A stretch of 64,000 nt of DNA from Trichoplax adhaerens (Eukaryota > Animalia > Placozoa): contig NW_002060947.1 in NCBI RefSeq assembly GCF_000150275.1, positions 6,463,648 to 6,527,647 on the forward strand. Direction: 5' to 3'. Every line of letters begins with the position of its first letter. Within the stretch, counting starts at the first letter, position 1. Below, in pieces: positions 52,400-64,000 of the stretch. The notes below the pieces were generated by a model. That model worked only from the letters and a program-made list of their open reading frames with translations. It did no database searches and was not told the origin of the DNA. The position numbers and the translations under genes are program-made.

Positions 52400-54500
52400 G
52401 TTTGTCTAGTTATTTCCTCACAAAGTTGAATGCACTGTGCTATTTGTTGCCAGTTTATCATAATGTGCATACTAATTCCTGTACATTATTGTAGTTACTA
52501 GCCCAATATCTCACATTTTAGTCCACCATGTTGGACATAGATTATACTTAATCAGTCTTTACTGCCGGATATGTCTCTGCGATAGAAATATGAAGATACC
52601 TTAATCTACGAAATTTATCAATGTCTAAATACCCTTATTAGTTTATATTGAACTAAAGCAGATACTTTTTGTATCAATAGATGAATATTATTAGTTTATT
52701 TGCCTCATTATTATTTTATTAAGAGTAAACTGGGATATACTTTTCTAACGTAGTTTGTGAGATATTTTTCTCGAAAATTTTGCATTCTAATTTTAATTAC
52801 GTATAGATAGAAATCGCACAAACGTCCTGTAATGATCATTGTAAAGCCAAGTACAAAACTAAAAGTTATTTTAGAAGCAGGAAAGTTACGATAAGTGCTA
52901 TACAGCTTTCTGTACCTTATTTTTTGAAAAGTGTTTCTGTAGAGAAAAAAATAGCCTGAGAAGTTTATAATTCATCATATTCTAGCGTAGATGTCGGCTT
53001 AGGATATCTAACATTTCGATGTTTACTTCAAATACAGTCTGTTTATTTATTCTTATTTTACCTTTTATAAAGAAGCGATTGGTTAATTAAAACATACAAT
53101 ATAAAGATAACTTTTGCAATTCATATAATATATCTATACGATGTTATCATAGTGATACTGCGCGGTTGCTGGCCATACTAGTATTAATTGATTCCAATTT
53201 TCGTTAAAATAACATAATTTTACTTTCTTATTTCCCTCCTTCTGATATCAACTATGCAATATTACTTGATCCAATATAACTATCATTTATGTAAACGTAT
53301 ATACAGTTATCACACCATCTAGTTACAGTTTTAAGTTTACAAAGGATATTTTCTTACTTATTAACTTACATCAGCTGTATAAGCCTTGGGAATAAATATC
53401 GTATGTAGATAATAGGTATCATCTGCTGTAGTAATGGTCTTCGGTTTTATTGCGACATTTTTACTGTATGATTTCCATCAATATAATCTATATTATGAAA
53501 TCGGAGATAGAACATAGCTTACGAATTTTTTGCGTAGGCTCATTGTCTTCCTTAAATTCTAATGATACTTTACGAACCATAATATAATTATTAGCGATGC
53601 CAGATAATCTTAGGTATTTTAACAAGATACATAGTTCGTATATCAGGTATTTAGGTCTATACTAGAATCAATTTCTGTATGAATCTTAGTTTTCAATTGC
53701 ATCGAATAATTTAACATAAATGCTTTATCTCTACTGACATTAATCATATGTTTTAGTTGTAATTTGGGAGTTAACAAAATTTTGTTTAGCTCAACCATTC
53801 ATTGCGATTTTCTACAGCAATTTCACAATTTACATAAACGAGTGTGCCCTGGATAACCTTTGATCGCCTACATGGCCAATATCTGGAAATTTTTGCCATG
53901 CTACTTTAATTTTACTCTATTCAGATGGATTGACTCTAAATTAAAATCTAGTACAAATTAAATTCTACTGTTAGCTATCAATAAGGCCCAATTTAGGAAA
54001 TGGTAAATTCTAGATTTTACCTACAACGTGAATTTTGCGAAATGAATCGATATGATGAAGGTGGACTAGGATTCTTTCCGTTTTCATTTTTATTTTTAAT
54101 ATAAATTATATTACTGGAAGTGTCATTATTATTAGATAAATGATACAGTTAGAAAAATAAATCTTAATGACAATACCTTAAATCAAACTAGAATGTCTCT
54201 ATTAATTATCATTAAATTTTTACTCGTCTGTTAAAGATTCAATATCGTTAATCTAGGCTATATTGATGTACAATCCTCAGATGCATGCATAATCAAGCCG
54301 CTATTTTTGCAGGGCAGATTATTATATTTAATGCCTGGTTTCAGAATGATTAGAAATAAACTTGACATTCGGTTGCTATTGACTAACCGATTGAAGTTAT
54401 AGCTGAACTTTTGAACCTTTTCTACGAGGCACAATAAGATAATCAATCCGTTCGTATGATCAAATTTTGGGCTACTGTAGCGAGTAGTGCCACTAGAATT
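52400..54500 (-). pseudogene. Possible decayed leucine-rich-repeat GPCR (LGR-type) pseudogene
   Basis: Fragments in the expected order: LRR-like NLESIHLN and LLKYLRLSG, then QLILVWPA...DNIV (TM1-like), YVLINQS and ADIYA (TM2-like), VLYLALQ*SLQDVCAISI (TM3-like), LVTTIMY (TM5-like). Many stops and frameshifts. Confidence 0.35.
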
Positions 54501-55799
54501 AAATACCATGCACTGCGAGAATTCTAGATGCTTAAGATAGTTTTAAAGTATTTTCAACTGTTACTATAAAACTTGATATGCACAATTCTAGTCCGGGGAA
54601 AGATTACTCTAAAAAGGTACTTTACTTTTGGAAGTACTTTATACTATTAGTAACTGTTAGCAGTAAAGCTTGTTATGCGCAATTTCAGTCCAGTAAAAGA
54701 CTACATTAAAAGGTATTCTGCTTTACGTTAAATGTATTAAAGCTTCAACTTTAATGCTTTTCACTTATATTAATCTAATCATCATGTTAAATCAAAAGCA
54801 AATGAAACATTTATTTTTAGGCTATGTAAGTGACATAAGACTTACTCTATAAGAACTTCGAAACCTTGTTAAGAAGTTATTCTAGATAACCCTGTTTTAG
54901 TGAGCAAAGGTTCAGAATTACTACTCTAGAGATCTGATTGAAAGCTCATATTCATTAAAATAAACAGTTGATGTCTTTATGCTTAAATTATGATTGTAAT
55001 GAATGAATGATGATGACTTTACTGACGATATATTAAAAGAAAATTTTTCTGTCAAAATATAACTAAATTTTTAAATGGTTGGATATAAATCCCTACATTT
55101 TTGTTTTCTTTTTTGAATAATTAATAATTTTATTGATGCTTTGCACAAAATTAAACTATTTTTCGATATTGCCTTTAAATATTCATATGCTAATAATGTT
55201 GCAGAGACTTGTAACATTAATCATTGTGATGAAGCGATCGGGATCAAAATACTTTGATTACTACTTCATTTCTTGGCAACATTACATTAGCAATAAATAG
55301 TAATATTTTATAAAATCGATTCGAAGCCAATTGAGAAACCATCCATACTACGTATAGTCGTAAGCGTAGGCAGGTTATATTATGATCACTCAGAGTGCTT
55401 TTTCGTATTCCAATGAGTTCACTGTATAACATTCCCTCTCGACAGACCCAATTTTTAGTATCTTGATTAAGCATACACTCGAAACATGTCCATTTGATCA
55501 GCTGTCTACGTAGCCCACGTTACTTTCTTTAATAATAAATGGTAAGGATCGTTTAACTTTGAAAATTTAAAATACCCTCTTTCCTTCATATTACTTGCAC
55601 AAGATAAATTATAATATTATCGTTATAATGCAAATCCATTTCTAATTAATAAGTATAAAAATATGATTAATTCATTAATCATTTGATTTCTACTTCACAC
55701 TTTTACAGATTGCTGTAAATCGTATGAAAATTGGCTATCTCAATGTAGAAGTGGAATTATTGCGTCTTGTTAATCTTTTGGCTAAGAAGTTTAGGGAAA

Positions 55800-56897
55800 A
55801 TGTCGTCTATTGAGATTTTAGCGACATCTGCAGCATTTACTGTCCCAAGCAATCAATTAAGCGCAGATGCAATTGCTGAAAGTGTCGTATGGGGAATTAT
55901 TGCCTTACTAACTGTGATTACCAACAGTTGCCTACTTTATATCTTAATTAAGAAGCGCCATTTAAAGATTGTTTCCAGGCCAATATTAATCAGCATCGCT
56001 ATAGCAAGTATTCTATTTGCAATCCTATATATTTTACCACGTTGGAGCATCCCCAACATTTACCATAATCCTATCTTATGTCATATTTTACCAGTTTTGG
56101 GCCAATCATTTATATTAACAATTAATTTTCATGTATGGATTATTGCTGTTGATCGCTACATATTTATTGTTCATCCACAGCGCCATCGTGCCCATTGTAC
56201 TAGAACTACAACTTGGACAATCTTATTAGTGGTCTGGATTATAACCTTATTGATGCCATTTGTGCCTTTAATGACCTATAGTCCGATCGATCCTAAAACT
56301 TGCGATTATATCGTTCAGGATAACTTGTCTAATGAAATCTTTTACTTAACCTATTTCATCGTCTTTTTTTTCGTACCGCTGATCATCATTACTGTAGTTT
56401 ATATCGGTATTTTAATTATGCTGCATTCCAAACAAAAACGGTATAGGCAACAATTATCGATGGATACTTATGGATTAACACAAAAACATCATATTAAAAA
56501 TGGACGCACTCTTGCCCATATGCTAACATTCATTGGTGTATTTGTTATATTTTGGCTACCATTTGTTTTAACCTTCTTGATTTTACAACTGAGGCCTAAA
56601 ACAGACCTTCAGCTACAAGTACTCAAGGTTACGCAATATATTGCCTTCTCCTATCCAGCTTTTAATCCAATCATATATTCTTATTTTACATTAAAAATAC
56701 GTCGAGAAATTTTCTCAATGTTTAGACAATGTGAAAATAAACTAGGCTGCAACATTGCTTGTATTCCTTATTGTCGTTCTGCCGCCATATCACCCGAGCA
56801 GCTAGTACAGGAACGTTATGATGTGGCAGCTCGCGTTATTGATGTTAAACATCCCTCGACGGTAGTTGCTGAGAATTCTTCTTTCTTAGATAGATGA
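55800..56897 (+). CDS. Single-exon class A GPCR, ~365 aa
   Basis: 7TM pattern with AVDRY, FWLPF and NPIIY. First ATG at 55800; a probable 5'-UTR splice acceptor (TTTTACAG) near 55708. Confidence 0.93.
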   Translation: MSSIEILATSAAFTVPSNQLSADAIAESVVWGIIALLTVITNSCLLYILIKKRHLKIVSRPILISIAIASILFAILYILPRWSIPNIYHNPILCHILPVLGQSFILTINFHVWIIAVDRYIFIVHPQRHRAHCTRTTTWTILLVVWIITLLMPFVPLMTYSPIDPKTCDYIVQDNLSNEIFYLTYFIVFFFVPLIIITVVYIGILIMLHSKQKRYRQQLSMDTYGLTQKHHIKNGRTLAHMLTFIGVFVIFWLPFVLTFLILQLRPKTDLQLQVLKVTQYIAFSYPAFNPIIYSYFTLKIRREIFSMFRQCENKLGCNIACIPYCRSAAISPEQLVQERYDVAARVIDVKHPSTVVAENSSFLDR

Positions 56898-59800
56898 ACA
56901 TTCTGGGACGTAGGCTAAAATATAATACTGTGTACCCTATGAAACTCGTATACTATTAAGAGAAGCTTATTCTCTCTAAAAAGATAGATATTTGTACATG
57001 AGTAGCGTCTTCGAAGAATCGCTTGAAAAGTAGGTACCTGGAACTAATATAGAGTTATGGACGTAGGAGGATAGATTATGATTAAGAAATATATATTTCG
57101 TTTTTTTACGATTAGAATTCATTGCTTACAATAGTAGCGATGAAATATTCGCCCATAGACGCATTTAAAAATTTAAGATACCAATGTTATTTAATTGAAG
57201 ATAGATTTCTCATGTAAGTTTTATTTGTAAATTATACTGAATTTTCCGAGATAGATTTTCAAAATAGGATTAAAACTTTTTCTGATTACAATTGTAAAAT
57301 TAGTTTAAAGAACGTGTAATGAAATCCTACATGAATAAATATTTATACTAAAACTTTATCTAAAATGCGTTTTAGATTTTAATTATGAAGGGAAGTACTA
57401 AACTTGTGATCTTCTTACTTGATGGTAATAAAAAATTAGATGAATTCTATATTTTCCTTTATGTTATACAGCTTCTGGTAGATATTTTAAGGCAGTATAG
57501 CAGTAGCAAAGATATGATAATTTATCTCTTTTGCAATCTTACCGATTCCTTGTGATATTTACGTTGTGAAAATATAGTACCATAATATGAATAAAAATTT
57601 GTCAAGAATTAGTTTAAGTTGCGTTAATACAAAAAATTTACTGTCGCATATATTAGGTCTCGAATAGACTTATTAAGGATTCTACTTATTCATTTATAAG
57701 TTATCATATAATACTACTCTATGTTAAAGCTCGATAATCATTAGGTCGTCAGAAATCATACTAGAATATGCCTAACGACAATAAACTCTTATGAAAGTTT
57801 TATTAGACATTACAGATTATGACTGAAATAAAAACAATATCTTCGTTGACTTTGCGATATCTGGTGCTGTGTTGAATATACTTCGACTAATATGGCGTTA
57901 TTATAATTTTGTTGTAGCTATCAAATTCAAATATTTGATAAATTTTAGAATTCTATTTGGCGTTTAATGCAGCACGAGTGCTTAATCGCATTACTAAGGT
58001 TACTAGAAGTATCTTCGACTGTTGTTATTATGAGATTAGATGAAACTCTCATTATCATGATTTGAAGAGATATTCGAAAGATAGGAATAAAACTGTATAA
58101 TTAATATAATGAAAATGAGAAAATTTCTAAATTAGAAGACATTTCGAGGTCGACTAATACTAACGATACAATTTTGACTTTAATACTTGGATATGTCATC
58201 ATGATCCGAATTAAACTGGATGCTCCGTATTTGCGTTTAGTAATTGAGATTGTAGCTATAAGCTTATTTTCTTTTTTAATTAAAAATTAATAGATTTGTT
58301 AAGTTAATAGACCCCATTAAGTATACGAATGGTGCGTTTCGCAAGAATATCTTTGTAAGCATTTTAGTCTATTACATGAGGATGCAGGGTAACCCTCTTG
58401 ACTTAAAATTTTACTAACAGTCATTGGCATGAATTTTGGAATTTAAAAAATTTTAATTGTATTGGACCTTTACTTCAATGGCAGATTCTAGATCATAAAT
58501 AAGACTGATAAATTGGGACAACTTCGGGGATTTATTTCATAATTTATCATTATCAAGATAACCGCAGATAAAGTATACACGGTTATCATTTATCATTAAT
58601 CTGTTGATATAAAAGCATAGGGCAATTTGAATAACATTGAACAAATCCATAAGCAACATTATTTGCAGGAAATTTGCTAAGAATTCTTACAGTCACGTCG
58701 AAACTTAGAACGAAAGAATGTAATTTTACAAGCTGAAACCTTACATTTAATACATTTTCACGTTACCATAATTGCTTTTAAATCGGCCCCGTGGTATTTA
58801 ACATGTACAATTCATTTCGTTATAATAACTGATAGAAGATTGATAACTAAACTATTCTATATTCAAATTAATAAGCTCTCTTTGTTTAGATAGGACAAAA
58901 TATCCGAGCATTCATAATTTCTATGCAGTGGATAAAGAGTAGCAAGTGGCCAGTTTATGTTAGCTTGCTTTAAATATTAATATGGCTTTGGAAGGCAGCA
59001 GTTTATTAAATTACCAATTTACAGGAATCGAGACCAGGCTCTTATATACTTTTATCAACCTTATTATATTCCTATTGTTGATTATTAGATGATTGAATTG
59101 ATGTCTGCCCCTTGAAAGACTTCAATTCGGGTTTACTTTTATAATTCTTATACTGCTTGTATCTTAAAGTATAACAATTTGTGTTAATAGGCACTGAGAG
59201 CTTCAACTATACTTCTAGCCACAGGATTGAATATTATTTTGAAAAAATTAATAAAATTGTAAATTTTACCACATAAAATTGAAGTTTATGTCGGATTAAA
59301 ATGACTTTATAGGCGTCCTTGGCGAAATTTTAGGATTCTTTTACATCATCAACTTCATTTTCTGCGAACCTATTGCATTAACATCTTCGTTGCCTTCATA
59401 ATTTTTAACATTAAAATTTTGATTTTAATTTTACTTTTATCCACTTCCTTACCTACGCTATACTTAATATTTGTTCATAAAAATATTTAAAATTAGGAGT
59501 AGAATGCATACTTCATTTGATGAATGCTTTTTTTACGAAAATTTTATTACTTATGAAGCTACGTATATTTTATGCTTTATACTTTAAAATGTTTGTAATA
59601 ACATTTACAGAAAAGCCACAAGCAATCATTAAAATCTTTAGCATGGTTAAAATGAATCATTTACATGGAAATGCGTTATTTATTATTATGTTGTGATAGC
59701 TAGATATCCTTTGACCTTGGATGGCAGTAGGTATTCTAAATTGAATTTCCAGTCTGTCAGAGCGTAAGGCTATAGATTAAATTATCGATTGTTAATTAAC

Positions 59801-60257
59801 GACTTAATATAAAAACAGAAAGTAAGCTAAAAACAAGTTTAGCATTGTCAAAGCAGATGGAAGGTGATAAAAATATTAAGGATAGAATGCGATCTAATAG
59901 TTACGCTATTTTACATAACAGAAGCTGTCAACTCGTAGTGAGAAATATTTTAGAAGCCAAATTCATCCCTACTTCCTTATTCAATTAAGAAACCAGAAAA
60001 TGTTTATTCATTCGCAATTGAAAGCAGTGGATTAAATCTATTCGTGTACATATGAAAGTCTATATATTATTGTTATAGCATTATTTCAAAGTCATTTATT
60101 TTAAGTCATAAATTAAAAATGCAACAGCGTTGATATTGACTGAACAATAAATTTAAGGAATAACTAGATCTATGAAATAATGACTAAAATCAAAGAAAAT
60201 TATCATTATCATCTTTTATCAAGCAAAGATAACAAGAATTGGACTACTATATTTCAT

Positions 60258-60844
60258 TGTCACGGTACGCCGTTACTAATTAAGTAACTGTAAATTAATG
60301 AATGCTTATGAATAGATAAGATAAGGTTATCTGCTATGTTTTAATGCGCTTGTAGCTGATAATAGGATGGTAGAAATGAGATAAAAATAGAAGTTGTTAG
60401 CAGTTAATTTACTGTAGGTTTATAAGTTGTGTTAATCTCTAAAAATTGAGCTGTATATGGACGAAGGTTAAGCGTCTTAACACCTGATAGCTTGTAGCTA
60501 TCTAAGTCTGAGGATATCGACATGTATATTTAGTAATGGTATTATACTAATTAATGTAACTTGCAAAGCATGAATTCTCACTCGTTAATATTGGAATTCA
60601 CTGTAGAAACCTATTTAAGCGCGTGTGTTTGTAGAATAAAAAAGTAATTGCTCAAGAAACGGCAAGACTCATATCGTGAAGAATAGTGTAATAATTAGTC
60701 AGTTGTCTGTGGAGATCAGCCGAGAAATCGAGTTCTCAAATACTTCTCTCATAGAAACTGAAAGTACTGGGAGAAATAGCCCAAGTTTTAAGTAACTACA
60801 CTAGAGTTCTTTACTTTCCTTTGCCACAAGTGAGGGTTGTGACA
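60258..60844 (+). mobile_element. Solo LTR, family B copy 2 (587 bp)
   Basis: TGTCAC...GTGACA termini; perfect 5-bp TSD TTCAT (60253-60257 / 60845-60849); internal TATTTAAG followed by AATAAA. Confidence 0.85.
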
Positions 60845-61551
60845 TTCATAAAGACCTAATACTATTAAGATTAGCGTGATCATATACTCGTAATGCAAAA
60901 ACGTACAATCTGCCAAAATTATAGGCAGCGATTACCAAGGAAATAACTCTGATATATGAAATAATGTATCCTAAGCTGGAATACTAATACACGTATCACC
61001 TGATTTATTCTAATTTCTTTTGGACTTATTTATTTGCTATGCCAACCTTTATACTATTACTTTAGCGCATACGCTACCTACTACCACGATACCTATAAAT
61101 ATGTCTACGACTATGTGATAGGTATTTGTTGCAATATTAATCTTTTATACCTTGTCATTACAAGGTATTGTTTTCGAGAATACGATTATGATGATTTTGT
61201 TTATTGGACTACCAAAACAAATAAGGAGCATAATCTGCATATTTTCCTCGTAGTTGAAGAATGCCTACTTTGAACTAGTATAGATCACTTTTAATCTAAT
61301 ATATTTTAATAACTTTTAACTTGCCTTCAATATGTATTATCCTTTAAGCAATCAATTGATTGTAGATTCATTTTTATAAGCATGCAAGAAGTATAATTAC
61401 TTTTTATTATAACTTGAAGTACAGTTTTGAAACCCTTAGAATGCCAGCTGTGGTAGAGTTTTGGGCTCATCGTCAATAATGGCTGGATAGAATCTCTACT
61501 AATCCAAACGTCGTATATTTCTTATACATTTTATTTTCAGCATGTATTTAC

Positions 61552-61612
61552 ATCGAACTATGCAACTCGGATATTAAAAAGTAACCTTAATATTCGAGTT
61601 GCATAGTTCGAT
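61552..61612. repeat. 61-nt near-perfect hairpin (26-bp stem, 9-nt loop)
   Basis: ATCGAACTATGCAACTCGGATATTAA-AAAGTAACC-TTAATATTCGAGTTGCATAGTTCGAT. The single mismatch is a G-U pair on the + strand. Confidence 0.85.
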
Positions 61613-61928
61613 TCGCCTTGTTATCTACAACTTAAAATTTATGAAGATACTGAAAAGCCGTAGCTGTAAATCCGAATCTCAATAATGTAATTTATGGAAG
61701 TAAATACTGATATTTATTCTATAGAGCATCAGCTCAAAATTCTTCAGCTGGTATTGATAGTAAATAGTTTGAAATGGTTTGGAGTTCATTATAGTGGCTT
61801 TTTGAGGGAAAATCAAGTTATAATTATTATAAATGCTACACACGTCATTATTAATAATTACAACCTGACCTAATTTTCGATGCATAATAACCTAATTTAA
61901 GAATATGATCAAACGAACAATACGCAGC

Positions 61929-62875
61929 AATGATAAAATTAATGTTTCTACCGCATATGCGTCTGGGTTAGAAGTAGCTTAATATAAGATGTAGGAGGTG
62001 ATGCTATCCGTATTGTAACTGAACCATATTAATTTTTATCAAGTAAAACTACTGATATCTATTAATTAAAGTATCATTACTGATTTCAGATTTAACAGCA
62101 ATCACACTTGAAAGAGTCAAAAGTGGGTTTTGTACCAATTATAACTAATTAGCGGAGCAAGGTCTGCACATTTAATTGAATGAGAACAGCAGATGAGAAC
62201 GGTAAAATGTATCAAATAATATATTTTGCTAAAAATAAGAAATAGTAATAGATAAAGATATTCGTATTTGTAATCAAACTATAGTAATCTTTATCAGGTA
62301 ATACTATATATATATATATCAATTAAAATATTGTAAGGAATTTTAGATCAAGTTGCATATTACACTTAAAAGAGGAAAAAAGGGATTTTTTTCCCAATTA
62401 TAAACAATTAGAGAAGCAAAGTCTGCTCATATTTTACTGGATGAAAAGAGTAAAATACCTCAAATAATACATTTATAAAAATAAGATATGCAGTCGATGA
62501 GATTATCCGCTTAGTAATAGAACTATAGTGATCTTTATAAGTAATACTTTAGGTATCTATTAATTAGATTATCATAATTTATGAATATAATAAATGCAAA
62601 ATGCGAAGTAATGATAAAATTGATGTTGCTACTGCTTATATGTCTGGTTTAGAGGTAGCCAAAGATAAGATATAGTCGATGAAGTTATCAGCATCGTAGG
62701 ATAAATGTACCCGTATCAGGTAATAATATAGATATCTTTTAATTAAAACATCATGACGGATTTCAGATTGGATAACAAGTCAAGCTTAAGCAAGATAAAA
62801 GTGGACTTTGTTTTAATTATAGATAATAAAATTAGAGGAGCAAGATCTGCTCAAGTAACTGGGTGACAACAGTAT
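61929..62875 (+). repeat. Degenerate tandem repeat, ~340-bp period, about 3 copies
   Basis: AATGATAAAATT.ATGTT.CTAC...GATTTCAGATT...GAGCAAG.TCTGC at about 61929 and 62610, with a partial copy at about 62290-62450. Confidence 0.6.
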
Positions 62876-62990
62876 TGTAGTAAAGGACTAGAAGTATAGT
62901 CCTTTATAGCTTTTAGTATTTTAAGTTTCACCCTGCTAAATCATCATGTCGCCATCTTTTCTTCTTCATTATTTTACAAGGTATTATATA

Positions 62991-64000
62991 CTAAGAATAA
63001 TTTAACTATGTGTAAAATAAGGTAAAACGTTGCCATGCGGATTGTAGCTGCGAATGCTACGAAAAGTATAAAAGCATGCAACTTTAGATTATTCTGTTAG
63101 TTCGTTCTAGAAGTCTTTAGTAGTAGTATTCGGCTATAGTAGAGCTGTGTGTAGTTAATCTTTGTATAAGACTCAATAAAACCCTTATTTTTCTAAAATT
63201 TGGAATTTCGTGATCAGAGTATATCACAATTGCTAAGGAACGGCCATCTCGATGTTGCTTCAAAACCAATATTGATTAGTATCGCCAGTATCGCCTTTGC
63301 CATAGCGAACGTTTTACCTCGATGTAGTCTATCTTATTTCTATCAAATACTATCTTATGTCATTTTCTGCCTGCACTCGGGCAATCCCTGGTATTGGATA
63401 TAAATTTTCACGCCTGGATGATTGCGATCTATCGATATATGTTTATTGTGCACCCACTGCGCCACCATGCATATTGTACCAAAAAGCTAGTTTGCATAGC
63501 ACTTTTCGTTAATTGGATTGAAACATTAATTACACCCTATATACCTTTGATGACTGTAATGTAACTTAGTATTATGATTGTAGACTGTTAGCCATGTGTA
63601 GTATAATGTACGGTAGATATTTTTCCTAAGAGATATTTGGTAGCTATAACTATAGACTGTAGTAGTAGAGACTCTATGCTAGAGTACAGATGACTATATA
63701 CAGTAAGCTGTTGAGTTACTAACATGGCTATAGGTAAAAATAGAACTGTAAATCATATATTAGGATATGGTTAATTCATTGTACTTTGGCTGGTGTGAAT
63801 AATGTCTACGTAAGTACTGTAGTCGTATCCATATTGGATTAATGATGGTCCGCAGTAGAATAGTCTTACTAAGAATAATTTAACTATGTGTAAAATAAGG
63901 TAAAACGTTGCCATGCCGATTGTAGCTGCGAATGCTACGGAAAGTATAAAAGCAAGTTACTTTAGATTATTCTGTTAGTTCGTTCTAGAAGTCTTTAGTA
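62991..64000 (+). repeat. Recent direct/tandem duplication, 878-bp period; second copy truncated by the window end
   Basis: 62991-63122 is nearly identical to 63869-64000. Confidence 0.85.
63230..63555 (+). pseudogene. Truncated, frameshifted paralog of the 55800-56897 GPCR (ICL1 to TM4 only)
   Basis: LLRNGHLDVASKPILISIASIAFAIANVLPR / frameshift / ILCHFLPALGQSLVLDINFHAWMIAIYRYMFIVHPLRHHAYCT...PYIPLMT aligns with ILIKKRHLKIVSRPILISIA...ILCHILPVLGQSFILTINFHVWIIAVDRYIFIVHPQRHRAHCT...PFVPLMT. No TM1 or TM5-7. Confidence 0.85.

Noticed and set aside
43556-60844. A 17-kb element with 587-bp terminal inverted repeats (Polinton-like)
   Set aside because: The right copy has its own TSD on both sides, and there are no polymerase, integrase or capsid ORFs inside.

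Overview
This is AT-rich (roughly two-thirds A+T) eukaryotic, animal-type genomic DNA. The short introns, intronless class A GPCRs and TACAG/CTGTA microsatellite suggest a placozoan (Trichoplax-like) genome; that assignment is inference only. Left end: the 5' part of a probable MGME1-like gene and a complete 12-exon S-adenosylmethionine decarboxylase gene (AMD1, minus strand, 335 aa), neither of which is in the ORF track. AMD1 contains an AT-AC (U12-type) intron and a candidate MAGDIS-like uORF (MPVDS*). It lies head-to-head with an intronless gene for a 23-aa-repeat (STPR-like) protein, separated by a TACAG satellite. The rest is gene-sparse: three intact single-exon rhodopsin-class GPCRs, one clear GPCR pseudogene fragment and several possible decayed LRR-GPCR relics. 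It also holds an intronless bacterial-type DUF2252 kinase-like gene with a signal peptide (candidate horizontal transfer), four solo-LTR-like elements of two families (three with perfect 5-bp TSDs), small foldback elements and local duplications. No rRNA, tRNA or CRISPR array was seen.
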